NCBI GenBank assembly: GCA_965205505.1
Contig: CBDBHB010000007.1
Span: forward strand, 576,001-640,000
DNA from: Acidobacteriota bacterium
GTDB taxonomy: Bacteria > Acidobacteriota > UBA890 > WLXD01
Direction: 5' to 3'
DNA: 64,000 nt
Made by a program: the position numbers and the translations under genes. Below are positions 1-11,282 of the stretch, in pieces. Within the stretch, counting starts at the first letter, position 1, and each line of letters starts with the position of its first letter. The notes under the pieces are model-generated. The model saw only the letters and a program-made list of their open reading frames with translations, was not told where the DNA came from and made no database searches.

Positions 1-539
1 ACGAATACGAGTTCTTCACGCCGTACGCGCAGCAGCGGATTCGTGCCCGAAAGGCGGCGTCCGGGGCCGAGCCGGGGAGCGAGCACGTCGTGTCGAGGAG
101 TTCCCGCCGGCACATCGCCGAGCTCGGCGCCCTGTTCGAGTCGGGTGGCGGCGACCTCATCATCGTCGGCACCGACGAGCCGACCTCCGGTCCGTGGCTG
201 CCAGGCTTCGCCTACCACCGTGAGCTCATGATCATGGTCTCTGCCGGGTTGCCCCCGGCGGCGGTGCTCAAGGCCGCAACCATCAACGGAGCGCGGGCGC
301 TCGGGGTAGTCGACCGGCTCGGGTCGATCGAACCCGGCAAGCTCGCCGATCTGTACGTCGCTGAGGGCAACCCACTGGAGGATATCTCCACCGCGCGCAA
401 CGTGCGCCTGGTGGTGAAGGCGGGGGTGGTCTACGACCCGGCGGAGCTGCTTGAGATGGCCAAGGGCAAGATCGGCCCCTCCGGACCGGATGACCACACT
501 GCCTGGGAGCTCGTGGTCAAGCCGTTGCGACGCCGCTAG
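1..539 (+). CDS. Amidohydrolase family protein, C-terminal part (runs in from window edge)
   Basis: Frame open from base 3; GTD motif followed by ATINGARALG..GSIEPGKLADL, typical amidohydrolase C-terminus. Confidence 0.8.
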   Translation, partial: EYEFFTPYAQQRIRARKAASGAEPGSEHVVSRSSRRHIAELGALFESGGGDLIIVGTDEPTSGPWLPGFAYHRELMIMVSAGLPPAAVLKAATINGARALGVVDRLGSIEPGKLADLYVAEGNPLEDISTARNVRLVVKAGVVYDPAELLEMAKGKIGPSGPDDHTAWELVVKPLRRR

Positions 540-569
540 CTGGTCGTCGTTCGCATAGCCTTCCTCACC

Positions 570-1961
570 ATGAAACTCCGAACCTGGCGAAGTCCCCGCG
601 GAGCACGGCGCATGATTCCTGTCTGTGCTCTCCTCCTTCTCATGATCGCGGGTAGTGCTGCAGTCCCCAGCACGACCCACAATCAAGCTGGCGTCACCCC
701 CCTCACGGAAGGAAGCGATTGGCCGCGCTTCCTCGGACCGACCGACGACGGCAAGTCCCCGGAAACCGGGATTCTCACGGACTGGGGTGAGTCAGGTCCG
801 CCGCTGGTTTGGGAGCACGTCGCTGGGGAGGGCTACGCCGGCGCGGTGGTGGCCGAGGGGCGGCTGTTCTTTTTCGATCACCACGATGGCCAGGCTCGGC
901 TGGTTTGCCTGGATCCCGAGACCGGTGCCGAGGTGTGGAGGAGCGAGCACCCCTCCGTATACCAGGACTTCTACGGCTACAGTCGCGGCCCACGCACCGC
1001 GCCGGTGGTGGACGGCGAGCGAGTATTCACCTTTGGCGTCGAGGGCACGCTCCGCGCCCACCACGTGACCGACGGCCGCGTGCTCTGGGAGGTCGCTACC
1101 GCCGAGCGTTTCGGCGTCGTGCAGAACTTCTTCGGTGCGGGCAGCTCGCCGGTCGTCGAGGGCGATCTTCTGATCGCGATGGTGGGCGGTAGCCCGCCAG
1201 GCAGCGGCGGGATCCACTCGGGCCAGGTTGCGGGCAACGGCACGGGGATCGTTGCGTTCGACAAGGCGACCGGTGAAGTCCGCTATGCGCTCAGCGATGA
1301 GCTCGCCGGCTACGCCAGCCCCGTGATCACGACGATTGCCGACAGGCGCTGGGGCTTCGTGTTCGCCCGCGGAGGCCTCGTCGGCTTCGACCCGACCAAC
1401 GGGGCCATCGACTTCCACTTCCCGTGGCGGGCGCGCCCGCTGCAGAGCGTCAATGCCTCCAACCCGGTGGTCGTCGACGACACGGTGTTCATCACCGAAT
1501 CCTACGGCCGCGGCAGTGCGCTGCTGCGGGTCAAGCCCGGTGGCTACGAAGTCATCCGGCAGGACGGGCGGCGGAACCAGAGCCTGGCGACCCACTTCGG
1601 CAATGTCGTATCCCAGGATGGGATCCTGTACGGATCGCACGGCCGCCACTCCGGCGCGGCGGAGTTGCGCGCCGTCGACCACGCCACCGGCGAGATCAGG
1701 TGGAGCGAGCCCGACCTTCTATGGACGACTCTGCTCCACGTGGACGGACATCTCATAGTCCTGAGCGAGGACGGCCGCTTGCACCTGGTAGAGGTCACAC
1801 CGGAGGCCTACCGTGCCAAAGCGTCCGTCAAGCCGGCCCGGGCCGACGGGACCGCACTCCTGAGAATGCCCTCCTGGAGCCCGCCGGTACTGTCGCGCGG
1901 CCTCCTCTACCTGAGGGGAAGGGACAGGCTGATCGCGTTGGAGTTGATCCCCGGACGTTAG
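570..1961 (+). CDS. Secreted PQQ-like beta-propeller repeat protein (BamB-like family)
   Basis: Signal peptide, DWPRFLGP start motif, repeated xDxxTGexxW and SSPVV propeller motifs; start may be 612. Confidence 0.85.
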   Translation: MKLRTWRSPRGARRMIPVCALLLLMIAGSAAVPSTTHNQAGVTPLTEGSDWPRFLGPTDDGKSPETGILTDWGESGPPLVWEHVAGEGYAGAVVAEGRLFFFDHHDGQARLVCLDPETGAEVWRSEHPSVYQDFYGYSRGPRTAPVVDGERVFTFGVEGTLRAHHVTDGRVLWEVATAERFGVVQNFFGAGSSPVVEGDLLIAMVGGSPPGSGGIHSGQVAGNGTGIVAFDKATGEVRYALSDELAGYASPVITTIADRRWGFVFARGGLVGFDPTNGAIDFHFPWRARPLQSVNASNPVVVDDTVFITESYGRGSALLRVKPGGYEVIRQDGRRNQSLATHFGNVVSQDGILYGSHGRHSGAAELRAVDHATGEIRWSEPDLLWTTLLHVDGHLIVLSEDGRLHLVEVTPEAYRAKASVKPARADGTALLRMPSWSPPVLSRGLLYLRGRDRLIALELIPGR

Positions 1962-2044
1962 TCGTAGGCCATTCGATTCGTCCGCCGCTACGCTACGGTC
2001 GCACGCGGGTGCGGCGATGGAGATCCGTCTCGCGCAGTGATGCC

Positions 2045-2431
2045 TCAGGGTCCGGGCGGCTCGTAGAGCTCGAGTCCGGGCAAGTCGCTGAAGTCGGCGC
2101 GGTTCAAGGTCCACAGCGCTGCAGCCTGCACGAGAGCACATGCGGCAATGGCGAGATCGATCTCTCGGCCGCGAGGACGCGCTACCTCCGCGTAGAGCTC
2201 GGCCGCGAGCCCGGCCTCGCGTTCACCGAAGGCCGCTGCCTGTCGTCGCGGGAACAGCGCCTCTTGCGCCTCGAGCTCGGGGATCGTCCGTGGCCCCCGC
2301 AGCCACTCGAAAAGCACGAGCGAGGGGATCATGATCCGCTCGCCGGCCGCGATCGACCGTCGCAAAGCGCCAGCCGAGCGTCGCGGCCCGGTGAGCGCGT
2401 CGACGAGGACGGAGGTGTCCAGCGCGATCAA
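2045..2431 (-). CDS. vapC: PIN-domain VapC-type toxin
   Basis: MIALDTSVLVD N-terminus, DLAIAACA and LWTLNRADF PIN motifs; overlaps upstream antitoxin by ATGA. Confidence 0.9.
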   Translation of the reverse strand: MIALDTSVLVDALTGPRRSAGALRRSIAAGERIMIPSLVLFEWLRGPRTIPELEAQEALFPRRQAAAFGEREAGLAAELYAEVARPRGREIDLAIAACALVQAAALWTLNRADFSDLPGLELYEPPGP

Positions 2432-2724
2432 TGCTTGCTTCCACCACCGGAGCGCCGCCCGCCGACGCGACGCGATTCACGGATCGCGACGAGCTCGTCA
2501 TCCACCTCGCGGACCGGTCGCTCGGGGATCTTGCCGACCAGCTCGTCGAAGGTCTTCAGCATGCGCAATCGCTCGCCCTCGCTCAGCCGCCCGATGCGCT
2601 CGGCATAGTCGTTGATCGCCTCGCGAACCACCTGGCTCTTCGGCTTTCCCAGTCGCTCAGCCGCTTCTTCGAGGCGAGCAACCGTCGCCGCGTCAATGGT
2701 GTAGGTGACCTTACGTGTGCCCAT
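2428..2724 (-). CDS. Ribbon-helix-helix (CopG-like) antitoxin
   Basis: KVTYTID..RLEEAAERLGKPKSQVVREAI RHH pattern, coupled to PIN gene. Confidence 0.85.
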   Translation of the reverse strand: MGTRKVTYTIDAATVARLEEAAERLGKPKSQVVREAINDYAERIGRLSEGERLRMLKTFDELVGKIPERPVREVDDELVAIRESRRVGGRRSGGGSKH

Positions 2725-2998
2725 ACTGATGCCATATTACCATAGTCCAGCACAACCAGACCGCCAGCATCCGTCAGAAAGGGGCCGAGCTGCGCCGCGG
2801 GGCGCAGTCCACAGCCTGCAATTAGCAGTTCTGCATACGGGTGATGCCGGCCGCCGGCCGGCGATTGCGTAGAGGATCCCTGGAGAAGACAGCGCACCTG
2901 TGATTGCATCCAGGCATCTTCACCTCACCGACGCGACTAGCTGAGTCGGCGGTGTCTATCTGGGACATTCCCGCTGACGCATTGCGGAGGAACTGAAC

Positions 2999-4573
2999 AT
3001 GAGCGATCAGATATCAGCGCCGAGTCGTCGTTTCGGCACTCGTCGGACGCCATTCTTGTTTGTCTCTTTTCTCTTCCTCTCTCTTCCAATGTTCGCCGAA
3101 GCCCAAGGCAAGCCGAATATCCTCTACATAGTGGTCGACAACCAACCCGCCTCGATCCTCGGCGTTTATGGAAACCCGGATGTCAGGACGCCCAATATTG
3201 ATCGGCTAGCCAACGAAGGAATGCGTCTTACCCGTGCCTTTGCCGTACACGGTATGTGTTCTCCAACACGCGCAACACTGCTGACCGGGCTCCTACCTTC
3301 TCAACATGGCGTTCACGACTGGCTAGATGACGGAAAGATGGAGAATTGGCCCGAAGATTGGAATGCGATCAGAGAGTACAGAACATTGCCGTACACGTTG
3401 AGAACTCGAGGATATCAGACATCATTGATCGGCAAATGGCACCTAGGTCAGCCACGTCCGCCGGACGACTGGTTCGATTATTGGGTGACGTTCAATCTGG
3501 GCCATACCGTCGATTTCTGGTCCAATGAGATCAATGACAACACCAGAACGTACAGATTAGAGGATAAGCACAGCGTCGAGTTCTTTGCCGACAAAGCAGT
3601 CGCATACTTGGAGGACTATGATCACCAGAGGCCCTTCTTCCTGCTGGTTACCTTCAACGGTCCTTATCTGAACCCACCAACAAACCTCGGTCCCGCCAAG
3701 AACCCTCATTATGCGTACTACAAGGACGAAGAGTTTCCTTCGTTTCCTAGAAACAGGATCAACGACAGGATACTCGAGCGGTTAAGGCCACCGTACTCCG
3801 GGTGGTACGCCAGCTTGGCACGCATGCACAACGACCAAGCAACAATGGCTAATGTCGCGTCGCAAAACACGATGGTGGACGAAGGTGTCGGCCGTCTATT
3901 GGCAGCACTGAAGGAGAATCAACTCGAAGACGACACGTTAGTGATTTACACGAGTGATCAGGGGAATTTCTACGGACAACATGGCCTCTGGGGTCATACT
4001 GACTACGCTTTTCCGGCAGGTTTGTACGATACGCCAATGAACATACCGTTCATTGCTCGCTATCCAAGAACCATCAAGAAAGGGCAAGTGAGTGATCTGC
4101 TCGTTGGGCAATACGACCTCATGCCCACAATTCTTGATCTGGCTGGGTTTGCGGATGTGGAAATAGCTGACTCTCCTGGAAGGAGTTTCGCTGCCCACCT
4201 ACGAGGTAGGAAGCTCGAGGCGTGGGCCGACGCCGTGTATATGGATCAAGAGGCGACGCGTGCAATCAGAACCGATCGTTATTCATATTGGAAACGGCTG
4301 AAAGGTACGGGTGAGCACGAGCTCTACGATCTACAAGACGATCCTGAGCAGATGCACGATCTATACGGGAGTCCTGACCACGCCGAAGTAGTTGCGGAAC
4401 TGGATCGAAGACTCACGACATTCTTCAACGCCCATTCCGATGTTGAGTACGATCTTTGGCGAGGCGGAACCGTAAAGGGATCCACGGACTTCGCGCAGGC
4501 TTTCAAGTCGCTTTACGGTGACCAGTGGGAGGAACAGGCAGAAGTAAAACCCGCCTTTAGAGAGAAGGACTAG
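2999..4573 (+). CDS. Secreted formylglycine-dependent sulfatase
   Basis: Signal peptide, PNILYI, CSPTRATLLTG (CxPxR), GKWHLG, TSDQG and ELYDL..DP.Q motifs; visibly more AT-rich than flanks. Confidence 0.92.
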   Translation: MSDQISAPSRRFGTRRTPFLFVSFLFLSLPMFAEAQGKPNILYIVVDNQPASILGVYGNPDVRTPNIDRLANEGMRLTRAFAVHGMCSPTRATLLTGLLPSQHGVHDWLDDGKMENWPEDWNAIREYRTLPYTLRTRGYQTSLIGKWHLGQPRPPDDWFDYWVTFNLGHTVDFWSNEINDNTRTYRLEDKHSVEFFADKAVAYLEDYDHQRPFFLLVTFNGPYLNPPTNLGPAKNPHYAYYKDEEFPSFPRNRINDRILERLRPPYSGWYASLARMHNDQATMANVASQNTMVDEGVGRLLAALKENQLEDDTLVIYTSDQGNFYGQHGLWGHTDYAFPAGLYDTPMNIPFIARYPRTIKKGQVSDLLVGQYDLMPTILDLAGFADVEIADSPGRSFAAHLRGRKLEAWADAVYMDQEATRAIRTDRYSYWKRLKGTGEHELYDLQDDPEQMHDLYGSPDHAEVVAELDRRLTTFFNAHSDVEYDLWRGGTVKGSTDFAQAFKSLYGDQWEEQAEVKPAFREKD

Positions 4574-4848
4574 CAGGCCGTGGTGAAAGTGTGGTGGGTC
4601 TGGCGACAGGGTCTTGCGAGGCGCAGGCAAGGAGAGAGGAGGAGGCGATGGTTACCCCATCGTTGACGACGAACGACGTAGCATACGCGCGCAACCCCCT
4701 GTCGCCCGAATGGTTACGGCGACTTGGGGCCATCTGCGGCGTTGGCCTTCCTCGACGATCGCGGGAGCATCGCCAGCGTCAGGCCGCCTTGCATCTCGCC
4801 CCAACTCGTCGTAACCAGACCCACCACACTTTCACCACGGCCTGCTAG
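4570..4848. mobile_element. MITE, 279 bp, with 34-bp perfect terminal inverted repeats bounded by CTAG
   Basis: ctagcaggccgtggtgaaagtgtggtgggtctgg (4570-4603) is the exact reverse complement of 4815-4848; no transposase; partial copies at 50421, 56674 and 60155. Confidence 0.85.
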
Positions 4849-5046
4849 CGTCGTCCCATCAAGACCATCAGCCACCTTCAACCCCCATGCGCTGGAGGTG
4901 ACGCTCGCCGATGAACATGGTGGTGCCCAATCGGGGCTCGTTGGTTCCTCGCGGGGACAATCCTACGCATATTTCGGGACCAACATCGCCGGCACCGGAT
5001 CAGCGCCCGGTCTAGCGGTTGGCTCTCCCCGGCCCGCCTGAGCGTT

Positions 5047-6963
5047 TCAACCCAATTCCCTCACTGCTCTCCATGCCTGATCCATTGCAACGTTCACATA
5101 AGAACTAGGCGCAGAGTCAATGTTGGCAATGGTGATTCGGCCAAAGGGTTGCCGCCCCATTCGTGCCATTTCTGGCATTTCCGGGTCATAGAGTGCATAG
5201 CCATTGTGGGCGTAGCCATGCGCCCAACGATTTACCGAAATACTCTCAACATCTCTGTCGAACTCAAATAGGTTCCTTGGGAGCATGCCACTCAGGTGTT
5301 CCCTGACTTCGGTTTCGTAATCGTCGAACTCCAACGCCAGCATTCTGTGTCTTGCTTCGCGGAACTGATCGACGGGAGGTGCGCCAACGGTTTCTCCAAC
5401 TGGAACACTCGTCATGAAGATGGTACAGGGGTCGTCCGGCGTGCTGGTGAAGTCATAGCCACCCATGCTAATCGGATAGTCCATTCCCACCACTTGATGC
5501 ATGTTTCCGGGTGACATGGCCATTCCGATCCCCATCTCTTTCATTGCTCTCCAGTTCCTCAACCCGACAGTCGTGATCTGTATGGGGAGCTTCACGAGAC
5601 GCTTCAAGGCGGCTGCCTGATCGGCTGGAAGATCGGGGACCAGATAGGGAATCATCATGTTGTAACAGGCCATTACGACAGCTCTGCCTGTTACTTGATA
5701 GGACTTGTTGTCATTGATGTAGGTGACGGTTACTTCACTCGAGCTGTCGGGATCGCCGCGATGGACCGCGTTGACGACCGTACTGTTCAATCTGATTCGT
5801 ACGGCGTTGCTGGCTTTGTCTAGCTCGTCATACTGGAATCTCGACAGCACGATGTCGTCAGCGTTGTTCCCTGGTCCGACGCCGGGAATCATCTTCCGTA
5901 CCAGCAGGCGTGCAATGGATGCATTCCCGTCGGGAAAGTGATGTATGTACGGGGCGCCCTCGTCATATAGGTACCCATCGCTCTCTATGTAGTTTCCATA
6001 TTCCTCTTCCTCCATTACATCTTCGAGCGACGACGGATCCAGACCCATGGCCCCAGATTCCAGCGCTTCCGATATGGTCATGACGTCCCCACCCGCCCCG
6101 TCGACATCGACAACGGAATGTCTGGCCATCCGTAGGACCCCGGGATCGTCGACACCCAGGGTGGTCTGGAGATAATCGAAGTAGGAATGGGTGGAGATGT
6201 AGTCCTGCAATTCCTCTTGGGGCACCGGCAATACGTGTAGGCCACCCTTGAGGACGGTGAGCAATTGTTCCTTGCCTTTCTCGCTCAAAGGAGCTTGTTG
6301 TACAGCCTCTTCATGGGCCAGTTCTGGCAGCTTGAGCCCTGCGACAAACGATGGGTAGCCACAATAGGGATGCTTTACGACCTTGTCTTCGCCAAAGGTC
6401 TTCTTGTTGAAATAGCTAACGGGCCCCAAGTCGTGTCGCTTGAAGAAGTCGAAGTCATAGGCGGTGTTGAATCGATCCAGGTCTACGCGTAGGTCGTCTA
6501 GCAGTCCTTTCGCAACGTCACTGTATGCATGTGGACTCTCTAAGCTCTCCGATCCACCGCGGATGAGTCTCGTGTCACCCCCAACTGTGTGTTCATTTCT
6601 TCTGGCGTGGCCACCGAAATCATCGTGATTGTCGAGTACAAGTACCTTCTTGTTTCGTCCGTGAACTTGTTGATAGAAATAGGCAGCCGACAGCCCGCTG
6701 ATGCCGCCGCCTACGACAACCAGGTCGTACTCTTCTTTCAAGTTGGTGGTTGGGCCCCAATCGGATTTACCGTCGAATGCTCTGGCATGAGCGTGGGTGT
6801 TCGATCCGGGTTGACTACCCCTCAAGCCTGTTAGCGCTGGTGGGTAATACGATGGCTGGAGGGCGGCCAGAACAGAGTCCTCCTTGCCTCCGAACGGGAA
6901 CATCGATGCTCCTGCCACCACTAGAGCTCCGTTGATGAAATCCCTTCTCAGAATCTTGCTCAT
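5047..6963 (-). CDS. Spermidine dehydrogenase-like FAD oxidoreductase with Tat signal
   Basis: LRRDFING Tat motif, YPPALTGLRGS, GGGISGL FAD motif, LDNHDDFGGHARRNE, FPDGNASIARLLVR, NRWAHGYA, all typical of the SpdH family. Confidence 0.85.
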   Translation of the reverse strand: MSKILRRDFINGALVVAGASMFPFGGKEDSVLAALQPSYYPPALTGLRGSQPGSNTHAHARAFDGKSDWGPTTNLKEEYDLVVVGGGISGLSAAYFYQQVHGRNKKVLVLDNHDDFGGHARRNEHTVGGDTRLIRGGSESLESPHAYSDVAKGLLDDLRVDLDRFNTAYDFDFFKRHDLGPVSYFNKKTFGEDKVVKHPYCGYPSFVAGLKLPELAHEEAVQQAPLSEKGKEQLLTVLKGGLHVLPVPQEELQDYISTHSYFDYLQTTLGVDDPGVLRMARHSVVDVDGAGGDVMTISEALESGAMGLDPSSLEDVMEEEEYGNYIESDGYLYDEGAPYIHHFPDGNASIARLLVRKMIPGVGPGNNADDIVLSRFQYDELDKASNAVRIRLNSTVVNAVHRGDPDSSSEVTVTYINDNKSYQVTGRAVVMACYNMMIPYLVPDLPADQAAALKRLVKLPIQITTVGLRNWRAMKEMGIGMAMSPGNMHQVVGMDYPISMGGYDFTSTPDDPCTIFMTSVPVGETVGAPPVDQFREARHRMLALEFDDYETEVREHLSGMLPRNLFEFDRDVESISVNRWAHGYAHNGYALYDPEMPEMARMGRQPFGRITIANIDSAPSSYVNVAMDQAWRAVRELG

Positions 6964-7187
6964 CGGTGTTGTTCCTTTCCTGGAAACCTGACGGGACTAC
7001 GATCGTCGTCTGGAAGAATCACGTGTCGGGTTAGTTTCGCGCCAGCCGCCCGGCGTCTCTGGCGAGCTGGGTCCCATGGCGCTACCACAGAGGAGTGGAT
7101 GGGCGCCTGAAGTCTATCGCCGCGACGGCCGGGGATCCACGCTGGCGGAACGACCAGCTAGGTCAGCTCCTGCGCCGGAGCTACCCC

Positions 7188-7315
7188 GACTTCTTGCTAA
7201 ACTGCGGACACAGTTTGGGCACAATCGGCACGGCAAAATCCACCGTGCGGCTCGTAAGTACCCATGAATAAAGGGAGCGCCCGTAGCTCAGCTGGATAGA
7301 GCAGCGGACTTCTAA
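7188..7315 (+). repeat. att-like junction: arm-like sequence plus 5' half of tRNA-Arg(TCT) (7277-7315)
   Basis: 39 bp identical to 15586-15624 and 38/39 identical to tRNA 23173-23211, ending at anticodon loop CTTCTAA; upstream blocks shared with 15509-15585. Confidence 0.85.
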
Positions 7316-7499
7316 GTCACTTCACTCGACCGGGCGCGTCTTGTTTCTATTTGTATCCAGTTGCATCCATTCGACTTGTGCCCGATGGAAAGTGACTGCG
7401 AGTTGTTTCTATTTGTATCTGGTTGGACATAGATTGGCAGGAATTTGGCAAGGTCGGAGCTGATGGCGTGGCGCGTCGACCGAGACTTGGCCCAGGACG

Positions 7500-7556
7500 C
7501 TACGGCTCCGTCGGCACGAGCCGCTTCAGCTCGTCGAACCAGTTGAGGATCACAAC
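7500..7556 (-). pseudogene. C-terminal remnant of an acidobacterial kinase/TolB-repeat protein
   Basis: Minus strand reads VVILNWFDELKRLVPTEP*, a characteristic terminal motif; the rest of the gene is absent. Confidence 0.5.
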
Positions 7557-7581
7557 CTTATCGGGGGTCTTCTGGTCGGTC

Positions 7582-7655
7582 CGCCGGCTTCAACAACCTG
7601 TTGACTGCACCGATTCAACGAGTTACGAAGTGGCCCCAACAGCTGGGTCAGGTCA
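7582..7655 (+). mobile_element. Solo right end of an IS3 related to 16946-18205
   Basis: cgccggcttcaacaacc...gggtcaggtca resembles 18132-18205, including the terminal ggtcaggtca. Confidence 0.6.
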
Positions 7656-7941
7656 ATACGGTTGGCCGATCGGAAGGAGGCTCATCATGACGCTGGGCAC
7701 TTCAGTACGCGGCCCGCTGCTGCCGCTTCTGGTGGTCTCGTTGGCCTTCTTCAGCTCTAACAGCACGACCACCCTACAGGGGAAACGACCAGCTGATCGT
7801 CTGGTGGATTCTGGGAGAGGACAGATAGGACACGTGGCCTCGGGCGCCGGAGCCTTCATTGGTCGTGGAGCATGACCCCATGCTCACGCGAGCGCGGTGG
7901 CGGGAGGCTGGTCGCGGTCGCCGGCCCGCCCAAGACGTCCA

Positions 7942-9222
7942 TCACTTGGCGACGCCGTACTCGATCGGATTGTACCCAGGGTCCGGGAACAGACCCCTGT
8001 AGTCGGTGTTTCCGAGCCGCTTTCCGATGATCTCGGTGATGATGTCCCGATAGTCGATCGTTACCTGCAGATCCTGCTCCTCGAACATATTCTTGCGCTC
8101 GAGGCCGGGCCATTCGGTGAGCACACGACCTCCCTTGATCGCGCTCCCCATCGCCATCATGAGGCCGCCGGCACCGTGGTCGGTTCCGGCGCTGCCGTTC
8201 TCGTGCGTATTGCGTCTGAACTCCGACATCACCATCGTGGTGACTGGTTGCCCCTTGCCCGCCGCCAGGTCTTCGTGGAACGCGGCAAGCCCCTCGGACA
8301 GCTGAGTCATCAAGTCGGCCATCCATCCCTCGAAGGGACCCTGCTTTTCATGCGTGTCCCAGCCGTCCAGATCGATCGAAATCGCCTCGACTCCGATCTC
8401 GGCCTTGATCAAGGCCGCCGTCGACTTCAGCGACTCGCCGAAAAAGTCGCTCGGATAGGCGGCGCCAGAGGCCGGCTGGTAGCTCTCGAAGTCGATCGTA
8501 TCGAGCAGCTCGATGGTCCGCACGGTGTTCTTGGCCTGGGTCCGTAGCGCGTCGCCGGCCGCCTCGTACATCGGCAGGTAGTAGTCATTGAGCGGATCAT
8601 CCCAGCCGAAGCCGTAACTGGCGAGGTCCCAGATGGGAAGGACCTTCGAGCCTCCCAGCAGCGTAACCGGGACGCCGCCGCCGATACCGACCGCTCGCAA
8701 AACGGCGTTGGCGGTCGTCGGCCCCGTTTGGGCCAGATGACGGCCCAGCCAGCCGCTGAACTCGCTGGCCCGCGGATCCTCCCGGCCGACCTCCATGAAT
8801 TTCATCGCGTCGAAGTGGGAGCGGTTGCCGTGCTTCATGCCGCAGGCGTGAACGATCAGCAGGTCCTTGCTCTCGAACACGTCGGTCAGCGGCCGCATCG
8901 CCGGCGGGAAACCGAACTGGTTATCGAGAGCCGTTGCCTTGTTCTTCTTGCCGCTGTCGGGCGGCGGAACGCTAAGCGTTGGCCGTAGCTTGTAGTAGTT
9001 GTCCTCCAGGAACGGAACGCAGATCGTCAGCGCGTCGACGCCGCCGCGAAGGAAGATCGACACCAGGACATCGCGCCCGCCTACGTAGCTGTCCGCCAGC
9101 GCGACGCGCGGTAGCCACTGAGGGATCACCGCGCTCGCCGCCACCCCGGTGGCGAGGCCGACGAACCGGCGGCGAGAAAGCTCGGAGTACTCGCTACATC
9201 CCTTGCACTCGTGTTGACTCAT
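7942..9222 (-). CDS. DUF1501 family protein with Tat signal
   Basis: LSRRRFVG, FLRGGVDAL, NRSHFDAM, GWDTH, SEFRR..ENGSAGTDHG motifs; partner of DUF1800. Confidence 0.88.
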   Translation of the reverse strand: MSQHECKGCSEYSELSRRRFVGLATGVAASAVIPQWLPRVALADSYVGGRDVLVSIFLRGGVDALTICVPFLEDNYYKLRPTLSVPPPDSGKKNKATALDNQFGFPPAMRPLTDVFESKDLLIVHACGMKHGNRSHFDAMKFMEVGREDPRASEFSGWLGRHLAQTGPTTANAVLRAVGIGGGVPVTLLGGSKVLPIWDLASYGFGWDDPLNDYYLPMYEAAGDALRTQAKNTVRTIELLDTIDFESYQPASGAAYPSDFFGESLKSTAALIKAEIGVEAISIDLDGWDTHEKQGPFEGWMADLMTQLSEGLAAFHEDLAAGKGQPVTTMVMSEFRRNTHENGSAGTDHGAGGLMMAMGSAIKGGRVLTEWPGLERKNMFEEQDLQVTIDYRDIITEIIGKRLGNTDYRGLFPDPGYNPIEYGVAK

Positions 9223-9304
9223 CGGCTCCTCCACGGGCGTCTCGCGCCGCCGAACGCACGACGGCCCGCCGTTGACTCCACGACGCGCTCCTCTATAGCC
9301 GAGC

Positions 9305-10801
9305 TCAGTACCACTGGAACTCCGGTGAGCTGATAACCAGGTTCATAACCTGCCTGACCCGCCAGTCGCCCGTGTGCGGGTTTGCCGACATGTAGTCCAG
9401 GATCACGTTCCTGGTCTCGGGTGACATGCCGCCGGCCAGGAACTGCTGGTCGATCTGGTCGACCAGCTCCGCGTCCGACGCGGGCGGATTCGCGAGAAAC
9501 GGAAGGTCTGGGTCGATGCCGTTGTTCCAGTCGCCGATCACTCCCTGCGCGAAGTTCCACCGATTCAGGAGCGACCCCGACCAGTATTCGAAAGTGTCCG
9601 GATAGCCGTCGGGTGTGTCCCAGTCAAAGAGCCCGTGGCGAAGCTCCCCCGGCACCCACATCAGCCATTTACCCGGATCGACGTCCGCCTCCATGGCCCG
9701 GACCGTCGAGACGATCAGGTGGTACGGACGCTTGAGCTTCGGCGTCGCCTTTCGCATCAGATTCTTCGACAGAACGACCCGGAGCATGGCGCGGATGTCG
9801 CCGCCGGTCTGAAGGTAGGCCCGCTTCACCTTTCTGACCATCGAACGGCCGGGCTCGTAACCCCAGAAGTAACGCAACAGCTTGCGGGCGATGAACTCCG
9901 CCGTGTTGGGGTGCTCGGCGAGCCTCGTAAGAACTGCCTCGCCGTCGCTGATCCCTCCGCCGGCCGGGATTCTTCTGCCGAGCACCACCTTGGCGTCGTA
10001 GTCGTGGGCGCCCGCCTCGAACACGAAGTCCCCCCGGCGGTTCTTCGGGTTTCCGTACAAGTCGAAGAGCGTCCATCCCGTCAGGCACCCGGCGACCTCC
10101 ACGATGTCGTTTTGCGTGTAGCCGTTGTCGACACCGAGGGTGTGGAGCTCGAGAATCTCGCGGGCGTAGTTCTCCTGCGGGAACTCCTTGGTGTTGGAGT
10201 AGTTGTCGAGGTAGAAGAGCATCGCTGGGCTGTAGGCGCTGGCGCGCAGCAGCTCCGGGAACGTGCCCATGGCATGGCGCCGGATGACGTCGCGGTCGTC
10301 GCTCGGCTTCATCAGCAGGGTGTCGTCGCCGATGTCGATATTGAAATGGTCCGACCAGAAGATGACCATGCGCTCGAAGAGCTACCGGGGGCTGGAGATC
10401 GAACGCAGCATCGTGGCGATCACGAGATGGTCGTGCGCTTTGCTGTAAGGGTCCCTCCTGTATCGCTGCAGCAGCTCCGCCGTCGTCAACGATGTGGCGG
10501 GATAGTCTCTGGCCACCCGGCGCTCGAGCACGCTGTCGTCGAGCGACTCGAAGTCGAGCTGCTCCTCCAGGTACGCGTCGTAGCCAATGGCGTTGACCCG
10601 AGCCAGCTCGCCGGGCGTTGCGCCCATCGTGATGCGCTGCACGAGGCGCTGGTTCACTGGAATGGCTGCTGCGGCAGCGATCCGACGACGCTGCATGCCC
10701 ACCTCCGCCATACCGAGCCCTAGCCGGCGCGCTCGGTAGATAACCGCACCACCGATGCGACCGCCGCCATGGCGTCGGTTCGTGTGCGTCAGACCGGGCA
10801 C
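9305..10801 (-). pseudogene. DUF1800 family protein interrupted by an in-frame TAG (10382-10384)
   Basis: Two ORFs in the same frame read SPR*LFERMVIFWSDHFNI; ENYAREILELHTLG and SSPEFQWY motifs; start uncertain. Confidence 0.82.
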
Positions 10802-10865
10802 TCCAACGTCTGCATAAAGCTAGCACAAGGAGAAACGCATTCCCTAGCCTGAACTTCCGCCCCCG

Positions 10866-11220
10866 TCATCGTCGCTTCGCCCCCTCCAGGACCCACCGAT
10901 CGAACAGGGCGAGAACACCGTCGCTCAGTGGCGGGGCGCCCTGGGGCATACGGGCTCCGGTGATCCCTTCCCCTTTGAGCTTGCGGATCAGATAGCTGTT
11001 GGCCGGGTCCCTTGGCTCGATGCGGTTGAGCTGCACCATCTGAGTGCTGCGGACTCGAACGATGTTCGCGTAGGCCGAGCCGGCGCTGAGGTTGAGAAGG
11101 GCCTCAGGCGCCACACTGCTATGGCATCCGGCCCGATCGCAGGAGGTACTGAAGACGGGTTTGATGTGGTTCTCGAAGCTGATCACCTCGGGGTTCACCA
11201 GCCTCAACGCGCGCCCCCCG
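10866..11220 (-). pseudogene. C-terminal domain of a secreted protein with CxxxxCH motif, 5' end lost
   Basis: SFENHIKPVF..SCDRAGCHS..PRDPANSYLIRKL..RMPQGAPPL..WVLEGA cytochrome-c-like domain; abuts truncated racemase. Confidence 0.55.
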
Positions 11221-11282
11221 GTCGCGATGCTGGCCGTCGGGGGCGACGATGCGCAGGGATACCGACCGTGGCTCACCCTCGT